In this document: piece by piece, positions 12,540-25,361 of the stretch
How positions within the stretch are numbered: the stretch's first letter is position 1
Layout: each line of letters begins with the position of its first letter
Assembly: GCA_013265495.1 (NCBI GenBank)
Contig: MU058065.1
Coordinates: forward strand, 8,783,819-8,847,818
Direction of reading: 5' to 3'
DNA length: 64,000 nt
Source of the DNA: Vicugna vicugna
Lineage: Eukaryota
The notes under the pieces: generated by a model
Told to the model about the DNA's origin: nothing
Databases searched by the model: none
What the model saw: the letters and a program-made list of their open reading frames with translations, nothing else
Translations under genes and position numbers: made by a program

Positions 12540-12715
12540 GTCGTGGACCTTGAAAGGCCCTTGGAGATTATGTAATTAAGCCACCTCAGTTTAGATGAGA
12601 AGTCAGAGTCTTGATCATAAGATTATTTGCTCAGGATTACGTGCCAAGTTAGTGTCAGAGCCAGAAGTAGAGTCCAAGAATATTGATTCTTGTATATATG
12701 CCCTTGATGTATTAC
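12540..12715 (-). mobile_element. MIR fragment
   Basis: tgaaaggcccttggagatta..ttagatgagaa..agttagtgtcagagccaga. Confidence 0.6.
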
Positions 12716-14074
12716 AATTTTGTGAAAAAAATCGCAGTAAATATACTTCCATTATGTTTATAAAAATCAGTCTTTCCAAAAATTATAGCATCAATATTTA
12801 GGTATAATAAACTGCTATAAGAATAGGGGTATTTGGGGTGACTGTGTGACAGTATTAAGGACATTTTTTAGTTCCAATATGTAGGAAAAAAGATAGAAAT
12901 AATTTGAAAATAAACATATTAGAGAATGGTAATATACAGAGTTGTAAAATGTCAGGTTACATTTAAGGGTGACAGATGACACTTTACATCCAGGTCTATG
13001 CAGCCCTTTCCTAAAATTTCATGGACTCTATTACAGATCTGCTTCATGTTACTTTAAGATCTGTAACAGTGTACACACATACGCACACACACTTAAAAAC
13101 AGAAAAGCAGGGTTTTAATTGAAAATTGATATAAAAAAAGCCATTATGCACAGTTTTGAGCAGCCACTGAATTCTAACACATACCCTTGCTCTTTGAACC
13201 TCTGCTCCCACACACCAACAGATGCAGTCTAAAACACCCCCCACCACGTTCACACCTACACTTTCAGTCACTCACCCGCCCCTCACACACAGTTCTGACA
13301 CGTTTGTTCCACCTTCTTCATCTACGGGAGGTAGCGTGAAGGAGAAGTGAAAGTCAAGAGCGCAGATGCAAAACGTGTAAATGTGTGCACTACACAAAGC
13401 CTGTGGGAAAAAAGCTTTCAGTGAAATAAACTCTAATTTATTTCAGAAAAAGTCAATTTCAGTAGAATCAATGAAAATATAACTAGCTCCTCCAGACCAA
13501 ATTCATGAGACTACATGGGAAGACTGTGATTCGGTGTAATCCAATCCATTTGTTATAACAATGTATCTGAACAAATGCAGTCAACTGATGATTTCCTGAG
13601 GAAACAGTACTGCTAAATTAGCTCTAATAGCCTTAAGAAGAAGAAAATAATTTTTGATGGTTCAGGAAGACTCTAAGTTTAATGCATTAGGGGTTTTGCC
13701 CTGGAGCCTGAAGTCTTTCTGATTCTTTATTATGTTCAGGTTTAGGAGGATACAATTAGGTCAAGTATCAGATTTTAAAGCACACAAGAATGGAAAATCA
13801 GCAATGCTACTGCTAAAAATACACAAGCCAGGAACTGTGGCAAATCGAAAATTATCAAGTTAAGATGTTATCATGTCTCTCTCAAAGTGGTGGCCATTGA
13901 CTGTATATTACTATTGCTGACAAAGCATCTTGTATTTTATATGTCAAACTTTTGTTTGTCAAGAATCTTAAAGGTTCTGAAAATCAATAAAATTATGAAA
14001 AACAGGATAGAAAGGTACACATTTCCTCCACTAATGAGCAGAAATAGCTCACCTTTGGCACAGGCTTAGACTCT

Positions 14075-14540
14075 AGGAAATGAAAGGAATTCTTTTCAGT
14101 ACAAGTGGCAGAAAACCTGACCCAAACTGGCTGAAAAGGAAGTACATTGTCTCCTATAACTGGAAAGGCCCACGTGTAGGTTCCAGGCTTCAAGAAAAGC
14201 CAAGTTCAAGCTAAGTAATTCATTCACCAGTGCGTGGTTGCTCTCCATCCTTTAACTCTGCCTTCTGTGTGGCTGCATGTTTCACACAGTGGTGCTGCAG
14301 TCCTGCCATCCTCCTGGGTTCAAGACCAGAAAGCGAGAGCAAGTCAGCTTCCCCAGGAACTCAGAGTTAATGACTTGAATCTTGTGGCCATACCTGAGCC
14401 AATCACTGTGGCTAAGAGAATGTGATGGACTGACTGGCTTAGGCCTAAGAAGTATGTTTTGAATCTGAGTGAGAACAAAGTTGTAGTCTTGGTCAGCCGA
14501 ATTAGCAATTGATATAGGAAAGATTTTGGTTGGTTCAGTG
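14075..14540 (-). mobile_element. MLT1K/L-like MaLR LTR
   Basis: tcagtacaagtggcagaaaacctgacccaaactggct; cctgagccaatcactgtggctaag..tgactggcttaggcct. Confidence 0.65.
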
Positions 14541-14598
14541 AGATCACTCTGTGCACACCCCCTCTGATCTATACATTGCATACCTGCCTATGTGTGCG

Positions 14599-14616
14599 CG
14601 CACACACACACACACA
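14599..14616. repeat. (CA)n microsatellite
   Basis: cgcacacacacacacaca. Confidence 0.85.
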
Positions 14617-16349
14617 TAATTACACTTATCTAGATTTCAGTCTTTCCTTATTATTTCTAATATTCTCTTTCCAGCTATCTTAGATTTTCCTGTGCTTAGC
14701 ATTAGGAAAGATCTCTCAGGAGATCATCCTTTTTTTCCTATTGGTGGCCTGATCCATTTAACTCCTCCCTCCTCCCTTATGCTTTATTTCCTAAACCTTT
14801 TGGAATCTTTATCATTCTTGTTACCATAAAATTCTAGCCTCTATTTCTAATAATTATATTGCCAGCAGCCTACTTAGCATCCCAGCATTTACTGCAGCCT
14901 TATTAGATATGACGGGGTTAGAGGGGGCAGGGCTGAAGCCTGACTCAGCACTAAGTGATGTCAGGCAAAGAGTTACCCTGGAGGTGCTCACAGTCTCACT
15001 GTCACATTCCTGAGGCCCATATGTCCTCTGGAGGTGATGGTAGGGAGAATAGCTCCAGAAAAGTCTGAGGAAACACAGCAGGTAGGTAGAAAGTGGGAAG
15101 AGGGGAAAGAAGTGGTAAGTTATCCCATTTATGAGGACATTACTCAGTTCAAATCCTTTGATGCCCATTCAGGCTGGGGCTGGGAATGGAGAATAGCAGT
15201 CAGGAGAACAGAAGGAACAGATAACTTCCTACAGCCAAAGACTGTATTCCTGTCTTGTTCTTAGGCTGGAGGGAAAAAGGGTCAAAGATGGTGGACCCAG
15301 TTCTGAGGCTGCTGGGAGAGGGAACAGAGAGGGCTCAGTAGGTGTGGATGACTTTGAGGATCCAGTCTGTGTACTGAGAAACCTTGGTGTAGTAGCCAAC
15401 ATTACCTCTCAGAATACACCCTTCTGACCAGGATAAGATCCCTTGGAGCTGATTTTCACACAGGATTGGGGCAGCAGCTATTTCCTGTTAGAAAGAAGGG
15501 AGATGGGTTGGGCAGACTAGCCAAAACAAAGATGACCAAGTACCAAGTCCCATCTGGAGGGCCCAGAATAGAAAGATTTAGGAGATAAGGGTTGGGACAA
15601 GTGTCTGGTGGCCATTTGGGCCCATCCTATCATTCACCCTAGTCTACATCATAGGAAGCTGTAGAGAAATGAGAACACTCTGAGCTGTTTCCACCCTGAC
15701 ATCTAAGTTCATTCATGATTGGAAGGAAGACACATTCCTTCCTGGACCCCATTTACCTTGATCTCTTTTTGGATGTAGACAGGAAATTAGACTGGGTTGA
15801 GGAGATATGTGGGCCCCAACACAGTGTCCCAGGGCAAACTTAGGAGAGGCTGAGGGAAAAGAGTTACCTCACATGAGTGTATGCTCTCCAGAGATGATCC
15901 CGCACAGAACATGTTCCCTGTGATTTTAACAGGCACTTTTCTTACAGGGGGATCTTGGCGATATTCATAAGAGAACCAGGAGACAGTCCGGTTTAGCTCA
16001 ACATCAGGTTCTACATCTGAGCACATATACATACACAGTGGGAGAGAGAGAGAGGCTCTGTTTTTTTTGATCCTTCACATACCTACCTTCCTTTCTTCTC
16101 TCCTTCCCTCCCTCTTTCCTGTAATTAACCTATTATTCAGTGAAAGAAAAAAACCACAACGAAAAGGAAACAGGGAAGAAGAAAACAAATAATGAAATGA
16201 GAAAAACCAACATCTGGTTCCAGTGTCATAAACTGCATGCCTTGGGCTTGCATGTCCATGTTTTTACTTGTGAATGCATGTCTGTAAGTCAGCACCAGCA
16301 GGACTATCCTCCAACCCTTTCCTTACCCAGACACCCTCTCACCCTCATT

Positions 16350-16505
16350 TCAGTAGTGAATGGGTCAAGAATACTGGATTCCAGAGACCTCTCTCCATAA
16401 ATAGCCACGTTACCCCTAGGTATATCTTGTCACCAGTTTGGGCCTCAATTTCCACGTGAATAAAATATATAAGTTCTCAGGACCCTAACAGCTCTCTTGA
16501 TCTAC
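16350..16505 (+). mobile_element. MIR fragment
   Basis: cagtagtgaatgg..tttgggcctcaatttccacgtgaataaaat. Confidence 0.5.
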
Positions 16506-16559
16506 AATAATAGTTATTTGATAATCCTTATTGAGTGGGTGCTCAAGAGCACTATGGGT

Positions 16560-16790
16560 CTGTCTTGAGGGTCACTCACTGGAATTCTTTCATGACCAGC
16601 CCCAGCCCAAGACAGTTCACTTGTCCAATTTTCTGTCAACTGTGGTATTGGGCAGAATCATCAGCTTCACCCAAGCACTGAGTTTTAGGGGATGTATCAG
16701 CTTGATGAGCATGAGGTCATGTTCAGCAGAATCCCAGGTGAAATCTGGATGTTGGATTGTAAGCATGGGTCTTAAGTGCTCCATCTTGTT
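16560..16790 (+). mobile_element. Possible CR1/L3 LINE ORF2 fragment
   Basis: Weak resemblance to the CR1 RT region (ttgtccaattttctgtcaac..atcatcagcttcacc..ctgagttttagggga). Confidence 0.3.
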
Positions 16791-18559
16791 TTGGAAACTT
16801 CTTTTTGAAGTAGCAATGTCAGTCTCCAGAAATGTGGAACAGGCTGTGAAGGATTAGCAGAGGAAGGAGATATTATTCTATTGTTCATCTTGCATCCTTT
16901 CTTCCCCCTAACTTGCTTTGTAACTTTGCCCGAGTTCCTTCCTAAACTTGCCAAGACCTCCATCTCCTTCTCTGGCAAATGAGGAATTTCCAGTGCTGTT
17001 ACATAACTCTTTGATCTGTATCACGTTGCATACAGTCTTTTATTCCCTATTGGTTGGTCCTCTGGTCCTCGGCTCCCTCAGTTCCCTCCATCTACATCAT
17101 CCTACCCAGGAATCTAACTCTAACCACCTGGATATATTTCCTGCTTCCTTCCAACCACTTCTCAGGTTTGAAAGTCCCCTGTGCAAGTCTCTTCAGGGCT
17201 GAGCCTCCGTGGCCCCTGAGCAATCCCAGTGACTAAGGGGGAACACCTTTCCCTCCAGGACCCCCATCACTCACGGTAGAAAGCAGTGGGCTGCGGTGAG
17301 AATCCATTATTTGTGGATGAAGGTCCCCAGACAAGCCTCATTTTCTGAGTTCAGGAAAACCAAAACGGTTGGTACAGTTTTGATGTTCATCTGGTTGAAT
17401 TGCTGGACTGATTTTACCTGTGCTGGTGCTGGCATCATGGTTATTGTTGTCACTGCTGACAGATAGGGGAAAGGAAGGCAGAATCTTAGAGACAGGGGCA
17501 GACATTCCAGAGGATGGAAATCTGAGATGTTTTACATGGAAGTGCTTTGAAATGGTCAATGTTATTGGTATTTAAGGTACTACTGAACTATTTCAGGATC
17601 CTTCTCTTAATTTCCCTTTAGACTTCCCTCTGTATTTGTGTCCTCCCTCTTACTTACTCCTCCTCTCTCTTCCTTTCTTCCTTTTGATTCTTATTTCCTT
17701 TCTTCAGCTTCCTTCCTAGCTATACAGCAAAATCACTTTTGTTTTTGGTCCAACATCCACCATTTATTGTGTAAAGTCTCATTATCGTAGTCTGAATCTT
17801 CTCTTGTGCCCATGGAGCCAGAAGAAAAAAAATCAGTGAACTCTAGTTATCTTCATTGTTCTAGGAAACTATCAATCACTGGGGTCCTGAATTCTTACGT
17901 TTCTAACTGATAATATCCTCACCCATCTTATCTAGACCCATTTCCTACACTTTCCTCCAATACAACATTTTCAAAATGTTAAGTCAAAATAGGAACCTGC
18001 ACTCACTAGTCACTGCCAGAACAGTGACGACTAGAAAGAGGCTGTTCATATCTGCTGTCTCCTCCAATGAGAAGACCTGGGAAGGGAGTGAACTACCAAC
18101 CAGCCTGATGATCTGGAAGCTTTACAGAAGAGAAATTACAAGGAGGAGTGAGGAGATTCAAGGGAGCACGGTGTTCTGAACTAAGGGAGGATGGCATCAG
18201 AGGAAGGAAAGAGAACCTATCTCTCCAGAGTGCCTGCCCTCCCTTTGCAGTCTGGGAAATTTATCCAAGGTGAGACAGCTGACTCCCAGAGAGATGTACT
18301 ATAAGCCAAGAACTTTGCTCTCCTTTATTAGCAAAGAGAAATCTCAACTGGCCAATCTTGTCTGCCTTAATCTACTCTCTCCAGTTATACTTCAGCTCCC
18401 TGGTTCCCTTTGGTTTACTCACCTGTTCTCACAATGTGGCTGGTCTCTACCTCTCTGTGACATTTACCAGCCCTTAATCTTAAAAATAAACTCCCTCCTC
18501 TATGAACTATAGACCCCCTCCTCATCTAACACACACTGAGCCCTCCCCTATGTCACATT

Positions 18560-20913
18560 GACCTTTGTCATGTGAGGACCCTAGCCTTCATGTTACACTG
18601 TTCCCATCCCATGTCATCCTCCCCTACCCCCCAGATACCACTGACCTCTTCCTGAAAATCTGCAGAGCCAGTGAGAGACAGACAGGGTATGCTTAGCACA
18701 GATCGCCCTAGAGAAGTGGACTCTTATAGGTCCATACACATGCCTCTTCCCTAGGCTTGCTTGTTCGCAATTTTCTGATCTTTCTCCTCTAAACCCCAAA
18801 GTAAGCAGCCACATTAATCATCAGTGATATGAGTCCTGTGTATTTTATTTCAGGCCACTTTTCTTTCCACACAAAGTAGATAACTAGATGTACCACAAAT
18901 CTCTTCTACTGAGTTTCACTTCACTGCTATCTTCTAGGGCTATGTTTGAACACGGTTACAGGGTAGCAGTCTATTTCTGACTTTACCACATACCAAGCTG
19001 ATCCATCTGTGTACCAAGCACGGGCTTTCTTTTCCAAGAGCTGATCATAAGGGAACCTTCCTTTCCCTCCCCAACTCTCATCCCAAAACAACTGTACGTG
19101 TGTGCTCAGGAAGGGGCAACAGTGCCGTAGTGGTGGATGGCACAGGACTCTGAGCCCCCTACTTATGCACCTTACTTGTCCTCTGGCCCTGCTCAGGACC
19201 AATCCTAGATGGAACGCTTCTGTCTTACTGGAGTGCCACTGGGGCGCACGTGACTTTATGACCTAGCGGATCTGACAGAACACACCTTGTGACGAACAGT
19301 TCTGGCTGCATGGTTACTGGATATCCCAAGATCAGGTGTTCTGTCTCTGCCAGGGCACAGCAGCACAGCTGAGTGGTCTCTGCTGCAGATGATAGAACAT
19401 TGTTCCAGAACTCTACAGTCTATGTGGTGATTCTCTTACTGGGGCTTGCTGACAATGCCACAAAATTTCTTTTCTTACCACAGATATGTCTAATAGCACA
19501 AGTCTGCTAGGCAGCGTGGGCCTGCTTGTGCCATAGCCCGAGACTTCTTCAGAGCTTTGACCTGCTCTGGACCCTACTCAAAGCTGGCAGAATTCCATGT
19601 CACTCAGAAATGGTTCAATGCAGTATTTCCAAGTGTTGAACATGCTGACCCCAGAACCCCAAAAGCCCACTGGGCACTAATGCTTCTTAGTTCTGGGATG
19701 TCTGGCATGTCCCAGTCCACTAAGCACTGATGTGGAGAACCTCCGAGTTTTCTTAGAATATATCTTTTACCCTCTAGAGTACAAGTGTCTTGCCAAGTTC
19801 TCGAACATTCTTGCCACTGCTTAATCATCTGTTCTGATTAACTTGATGTGATAGTTATCTGCTGCTCTGTTTGAAATTACTCCCAAACATAGCAGCTTAA
19901 AACAGTAAATCCTTATTATCTCACAGTTTCTGTAGGTCAGGAATTCAGCAGTGGCTTAACTGAGGGATTCTGGCTCAAGGTCTCCCGTGAGGTTACAGGC
20001 AAGATGCTATCCAGGGCTGCAGTCACCTGAAGGCTTGACTGGGCTAGGTCATCTGCTTTTATGAGAGCTCACTTAAATGGCCTTTGGCAGGAGGCCTCAG
20101 TTCCCTTCCACTTGAATCTCTCCGCAGGGCTACTTCAGCATCCTTATCACATGGTACGTGAGCCCCCTCACAGCAAGTGATCCGAGAGAGCGAGGAACGA
20201 AGCTGTAATGGCTCGAAAGTCACACACCATCACTTCTGCAATATTCTATTTGTTAGAAGCAAGCCACTAAGCCCAGTTCACACTCAACGGGAGAGAGATT
20301 AAGCTCTACCTATTGAAGGAAGCAATATCAAAGAATTTGTGGGCATACTTGAAAACCACCACATACAATATCACCAATATCGTGGATCACTGCGATGATA
20401 TGCAGAATGTCCAGGCCGACCGGTTTCCTTTGGGTTATATCATTTCAGGAGACGAAAGAATGAAACCCTGGTCAAGACTACAAATGTCCGTGTTATTCAC
20501 ATGCATGTTCCCTTTCCTTGATAGGAATGTAAATGAATGCATTTGCTAATCAACACATGGTACCATATTACATCTGGCATAGCAACAGCAATGTGGGAGA
20601 CTATTTGGTTAAATTTATTATTGCCCAGGATCAGACATTTTTGTCAGAGCCAAACTGGTGAATTAAACGGAAATAAATGAGGATTATCACCCTACATTCT
20701 TTAAGTCTTGAAGGGTAGCATTAATCTCTGCCATTTATCCTCAGGATGTGATACTGTTTTCAATTTACCATCTTGCTGAGGGAGCAAATGTTTCAGATAT
20801 TCCACTTGGCCTTCCCCACTAATATAGATATAATCCCACAGTACAAGGGATCAGCGTGGAGGTTACCAAGTATGTCCATTCCAATTACACACTGGGGACC
20901 CAGAGAAATGACC
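18560..20913 (-). mobile_element. Fossil class III (ERV-L) endogenous retrovirus pol region, many stops and frameshifts, interrupted by an MLT1 LTR
   Basis: Minus-strand translation gives VISLGPQCVIGMDILG, VGKAKW, MAEINATLQDLK, PFNSPVW, KFNQIVSHIAVAMPDV, LANAF, IHDIGDI (=VHYIDDI) and RNase H PYDQL..ARAWYTDGSA (ORF 18927..19202), in ERV-L pol order. Confidence 0.85.
19847..20363 (-). mobile_element. MLT1H-like MaLR solo LTR
   Basis: tgtgatagttatc..gcttaaaaca..tctcacagtttctgtaggtcaggaattca..ggaggcctcagttcc..aaagaatttgtgg..aaaaccaccaca. Confidence 0.8.
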
Positions 20914-20919
20914 TTTTCC

Positions 20920-21155
20920 TACATAGTGTTTTCTCCATAGCGTTAATCACTATCTAACCCAACATACACTATACTTACTCGTTTTATTTATTGTCTGTCT
21001 TCCCTATGGATACGATTTCTGCAAGGGCAGACATTTTGTTTTACTTTTTTAAACTGATTTATTTCCATTGCCTATGTAGTGCCTAACACGTCACAGAAAC
21101 TTTATAGTTCTGGCATGTAGCAGGCATTCAGTAAATATTTATCGACTGAAAGAGT
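20920..21155 (+). mobile_element. L2 3' end
   Basis: ttattgtctgtcttcc..aagggcagac..tggcatgtagcaggcattcagtaaatattt. Confidence 0.75.
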
Positions 21156-21469
21156 AAGTAGTGCCTGACTTTCAATGTAAGTTTATTATTATTATTTTTA
21201 TAATTGCCTCTAAGATTTTTCCATCTCTTCTGGCAAGTATGAGTTCAAGTGTGAAGCATTCACTCTGTAGCAAATTAGGGAAAGGTTTCCACAAGAGGAT
21301 CAGAGACGACCATTGGCCCCTCAAGTGTCCCAAGGAACAGTATATGTGTTGCTGATGGGTTGAGAGGTGAAAGGCAGACCATGAGGGACGTTCTATATCT
21401 CTCTCCTCTCCTAAGTGTGTGTTGAAATATAAATATTTAATCTCCCACATTTTCCAGTGGTAATTATTG

Positions 21470-22050
21470 TTTTTGAGCCTCTTAGAATGGAATTGCTTGT
21501 TTTTGAAACATTGAATTAGTCATAAAATATTTAAATACTTTCAGGCTTTCTTCTGAAAAATTGAAGGATCTGGCTATTGGCATTTTTCTGGTGCTTAGAA
21601 GTATATAGTCATTTCAGATGGGGCATGTCTTTTTTATCACAGTCCTCACCACTCCTTACTGTCTCTTTCACACTAAGGCTATGTGACAATTGTCATTCAT
21701 CAATGTATGAATAGGAGCATTTTTCTTAAAGTAAAGTAAGGAAGAAAGTGATACAATTTTTATATCCAAGTCCATATAATAACTGGGAAGAATGAAATGT
21801 AGACAGACCCTGGTCAAGACTGTAAATGTCCATGTTATTCACATGCATCTGTTCCCTTTCCTTGATAGTAAGGTAAATGAATGCATTGCTAATCATTGAA
21901 ATTTCAAGAAAAATGGGAAGAGTGTTTTTGGAAGGTAAGAGAACATAAAGATCATTCCTAAGCATTTAATATGTAACATGCAAACAAAATATGACTGGAT
22001 ACATAAAGTGCAATTCAAGATATAGGGAGCCTGAGTTTGCAATCCTCCCT
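21470..22050 (+). mobile_element. MER102-like hAT-Charlie element with an internal 89-bp foreign insert
   Basis: gaaaaattgaaggatctggc, agatggggcatg, cacagtcctcaccactcctta, then after the insert tttcaagaaaaatggga. Confidence 0.65.
21807..21895 (+). repeat. Local direct duplicate of 20465-20552
   Basis: accctggtcaagac..tgttattcacatgcat..gttccctttccttgatag..gtaaatgaatgcatt..gctaatca at both sites; 5 substitutions and 2 small indels by eye. Confidence 0.92.
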
Positions 22051-24812
22051 GATCCAATAAAGAGGAATAAATAGTATATTCTACTTAATTTGTAAGGTAC
22101 TTATTTCTCTTTTAAAAAAATCTATCATTCATATTATTATGCACTACAATTTTAGTTTCTTTTTCTCGTGTTGATATCTTTCCTCCAAGATACATATTGT
22201 CCCACTTCAACTCCCAAATTTTGCCCTTGGGGAGTGGAAATAGAGAGGGACTCATTGCTAGCTCATATGCTTAGTAACTGTTGCTTCCTTATTTGCAAAG
22301 AGAAAAACTTTGCGATTCTAGTTCAGAAAAGAATTAAAATTTCAGCTAAGGACCCTTATTTTCTTCAATTTCTATATGGAGAAAGAGTGATTCATTCTTT
22401 CAGTTGCTTTTAGTTGATGGTTTTAGAATCCAATAACTGTAATTACAACAGTAAGAGTAAAATTTCATGACAGTAATTCAAATTCTGGATGTTCTTAGCT
22501 AGTAAATACACATGATGACTAGAAAAATGTAACACTATCAGATTTCCAGATATCTTTTAAAAAGCCAAACACAAATCCATCACAATCCTGGTACTGAGCT
22601 AAGCTTACATGGTAGTCAGGTTATGGCGCACAGCTGTCAAACTCTTATAAGGAAACAAGCGTGTTCTTATATTTATCTGAATATGCCTTTCTCTTTCTAC
22701 CACCTTTTGCATCTTCATTAAAGCCAATTACAAAAATAAGACAGTTACTGAGCTCAGTATTTGCTGATAACCAAGCAGGAAGCTTTTGGGTGTGAACCAG
22801 ACTAAGGATGACTCATTAGAAGCCAAATGTTTGTATGGAAAGCTCCCCCTAAAATGGCACGAAAGCAAATGTTTACACACATGTTAAAAAGCATTGTGGA
22901 ACTCTTGGGAGGAGGGGTTAAAATACTGCCACCCATTCTTAATTATATCATTTTGATAAAACATTGCTTTGCTACCACAGAGGCCAGCCCAGGCCTTTCA
23001 GAAATGGGGTTGTTATCATCGGCAGGACTGTCCGGACTCACAGAACTTCTTATTTTGAAATATGACTCTGTTTTAATAACCTCAACCCAATCTGTATTTT
23101 GAATACGTTGAAAATTCATGTGCTACTTGTGAAGAGTTTAAGTTCCCCATAGATAGGTGTCTCAGTTGTAATCTACACAAATATCGGTCATAAGAAGAGT
23201 GGTTAAAAATGAAAATTTGAAAAAACAAATGAAAATTTGTTTCTTGCTGAGCAAACATTTACCTCAAATGGTGTAAGCATATATTTAAATTCTGCACCAT
23301 GATGTTGACTATTGTTTTAAATGCCTTTTTTTTTTTAACCCCTCAAGCTAACAAACAAAAACACCCAGTTGTTCTCATTCTGACATATTTTTGGCACACA
23401 TCAGTTTCCTGCTCAGGCTTACCAGGCCCTAAAGCCCATGACTCAGGTGATTTGGGGCACCTGGGAAATCAGCTCCTGTTAGAAGCTATTGCTGAAGATA
23501 AGGTGATGATAGTGGTGGAAGGTTGGAGTTTCACTATCCTGTCCTGATTCGAAAAGGAACCAGGGGGTCAGAAGGTAATCAGGCTCTCCTGCTAAAGTTA
23601 AGCTGCCTGCTCTTTTCCGATGACCCTTACTAGGGTTCCAAGCTCTGCTGATATATTTTAAAAAGGACATTGAGCCAGCCAGGCATTGATGATTGAACTC
23701 ACTGAACTAAGCAGTATCCCTTTTTTAGAATTTTGTCTTGTATCCAAGGAAACAATGGAAAGTACTTAGGACAGTGGCTGTAGAGAGATGCAAATACAAA
23801 GGCTAATATCAAGGAGAGGTAATTCATCTTGATCTCCATAATTGGGGCTGGTGTTATCTGTTTCTGGAACAAAAACATCCTGACCAGATGAATGTATGGT
23901 ATGGTCTGTGATTAGAGATAGAGCTGCTTCCTTTAGCTCAGATCATAAGAAAACTAGATAAATAAATTTCCTAGATTTCTGGAGCTTCCCCTATTAAGTA
24001 CCAAAATGTTAAAGAAAAAAAAAAACAGAAAATGGAACGGTCTCTGTGGAGTATGATTGAAGAGAGAGGATCAGGTAAGTGAAATTTTTACTTTTCTGTT
24101 TATACTCTTTTATAAGGAATGAATTTTTAAATAACAAATATATATTATTTTTATTTTTAAAAATTCAGTTGAAACTATTTCTTTATAAATAAATGGGTTA
24201 TATATATCTGACCTCTTAAACTGAGCCAAATTAAGTTTTCTTTTAATGACTCATTATCGTCATACAGCTCAATTTTCTATGCCACAAAACAATGATACCC
24301 TCAAGTAGTCCTAGAGTTTACTGAATGGTTCATTCCTACACTAAATGTCCTCAGAGTTTTAATTTACTCCTCGTAAATTTTCTGCTGTCTGCTTTGCAAT
24401 GAGATTGTCAGCTGTCACGTCACACTGATAGACTTCCACCTATTTTTAGCAGCCTCTCATTCAAATTTGTTGTTTTAACTTGATGCTCCTAATCAGCTGA
24501 CTGATTAGTAAGTCACATACACAGATTTATTAATAGTTTATGTAAAATAAAATTAAATGGGCATAGAGTGAGTGCCTAAGGATCATTTCTTTGAGCAACG
24601 TGTATTTTTTAACAGATGCAAAAAAAAATGCATTTATTTGGAGGTTTCAGTCTTATCCTTTCTATCTGGATCTCAGCTATGTTTCAGATAGTAAGTGTCA
24701 CTGGATGAAAGAGTTATATGTAAGTGAAATGATACTCTGCTGTCATTTAATAAATGCATAATTTTTTCCTTCCCTCCTGAAATTGCTCGGTGGTGATACA
24801 GATAGATGCATG

Positions 24813-25361
24813 TATAGGGGAACAAAATTTGCCACCCCAAAATGTCTCCAGCATCTGGATTATTTCAAGCTGAAAACAATCAAGGCCCAAAAGACTCAGG
24901 AAGAAACTGTGACCTCCCCCCTAACTGCCTGAAGAATTTAGATAGAGAGCCCATTGCAGGAATAGAGAGATCACCAGAGGGATCCGCAAAGACTATGGGC
25001 TAGGTGTAGTGGGGGAAACTCTTACAGATCAGGGTCTATTCTGCATGGCCCAGCAAACATTTATTTACCAAACATTTGCTTTACCATCTCCATGTGAAAT
25101 GCTTTCTTCTCCTTTGAAGTCCCAAACCAGTTCCCTCAATGTCCTCATTTGTCTTTAGCTGAAGATGATATTTAAAGTGAGAGTTTCAGCCATTTTAGTG
25201 AGTTATCCAGTTTCTCTAGGTCTCTTTCATGTATGCATGTTATTATACTTTTGTCTGATTTTCTTCTGTTAATCTCTCAATTAATCTCTCATGTCAATTT
25301 AATTCTTAGATCAGCCAGAAGCACCTAGAAGGAAAGAGAAAAACTTCCTCCTCCTGGAAAA
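24813..25361 (+). mobile_element. MER34-family ERV1 solo LTR
   Basis: ggggaacaaaatttgccaccccaaaatgt..tcttagatcagcc..acctaga..cttcctcc; catg at 24809-24812 and 25362-25365 is a plausible 4-bp TSD. Confidence 0.7.

Noticed and set aside
15908..15917. p53-like half-site gaacatgttc
   Set aside because: No adjacent second half-site.
18000..18550. Possible 3' LTR of the ERV-L provirus
   Set aside because: I could not identify TG..CA termini, a polypurine tract or a matching 5' LTR, so it is left unassigned.
24072..24080. Perfect splice donor CAG|GTAAGT (another at ~54512)
   Set aside because: It sits in what looks like a decayed L1 3' end with no convincing upstream acceptor or ORF; such 9-mers occur by chance.
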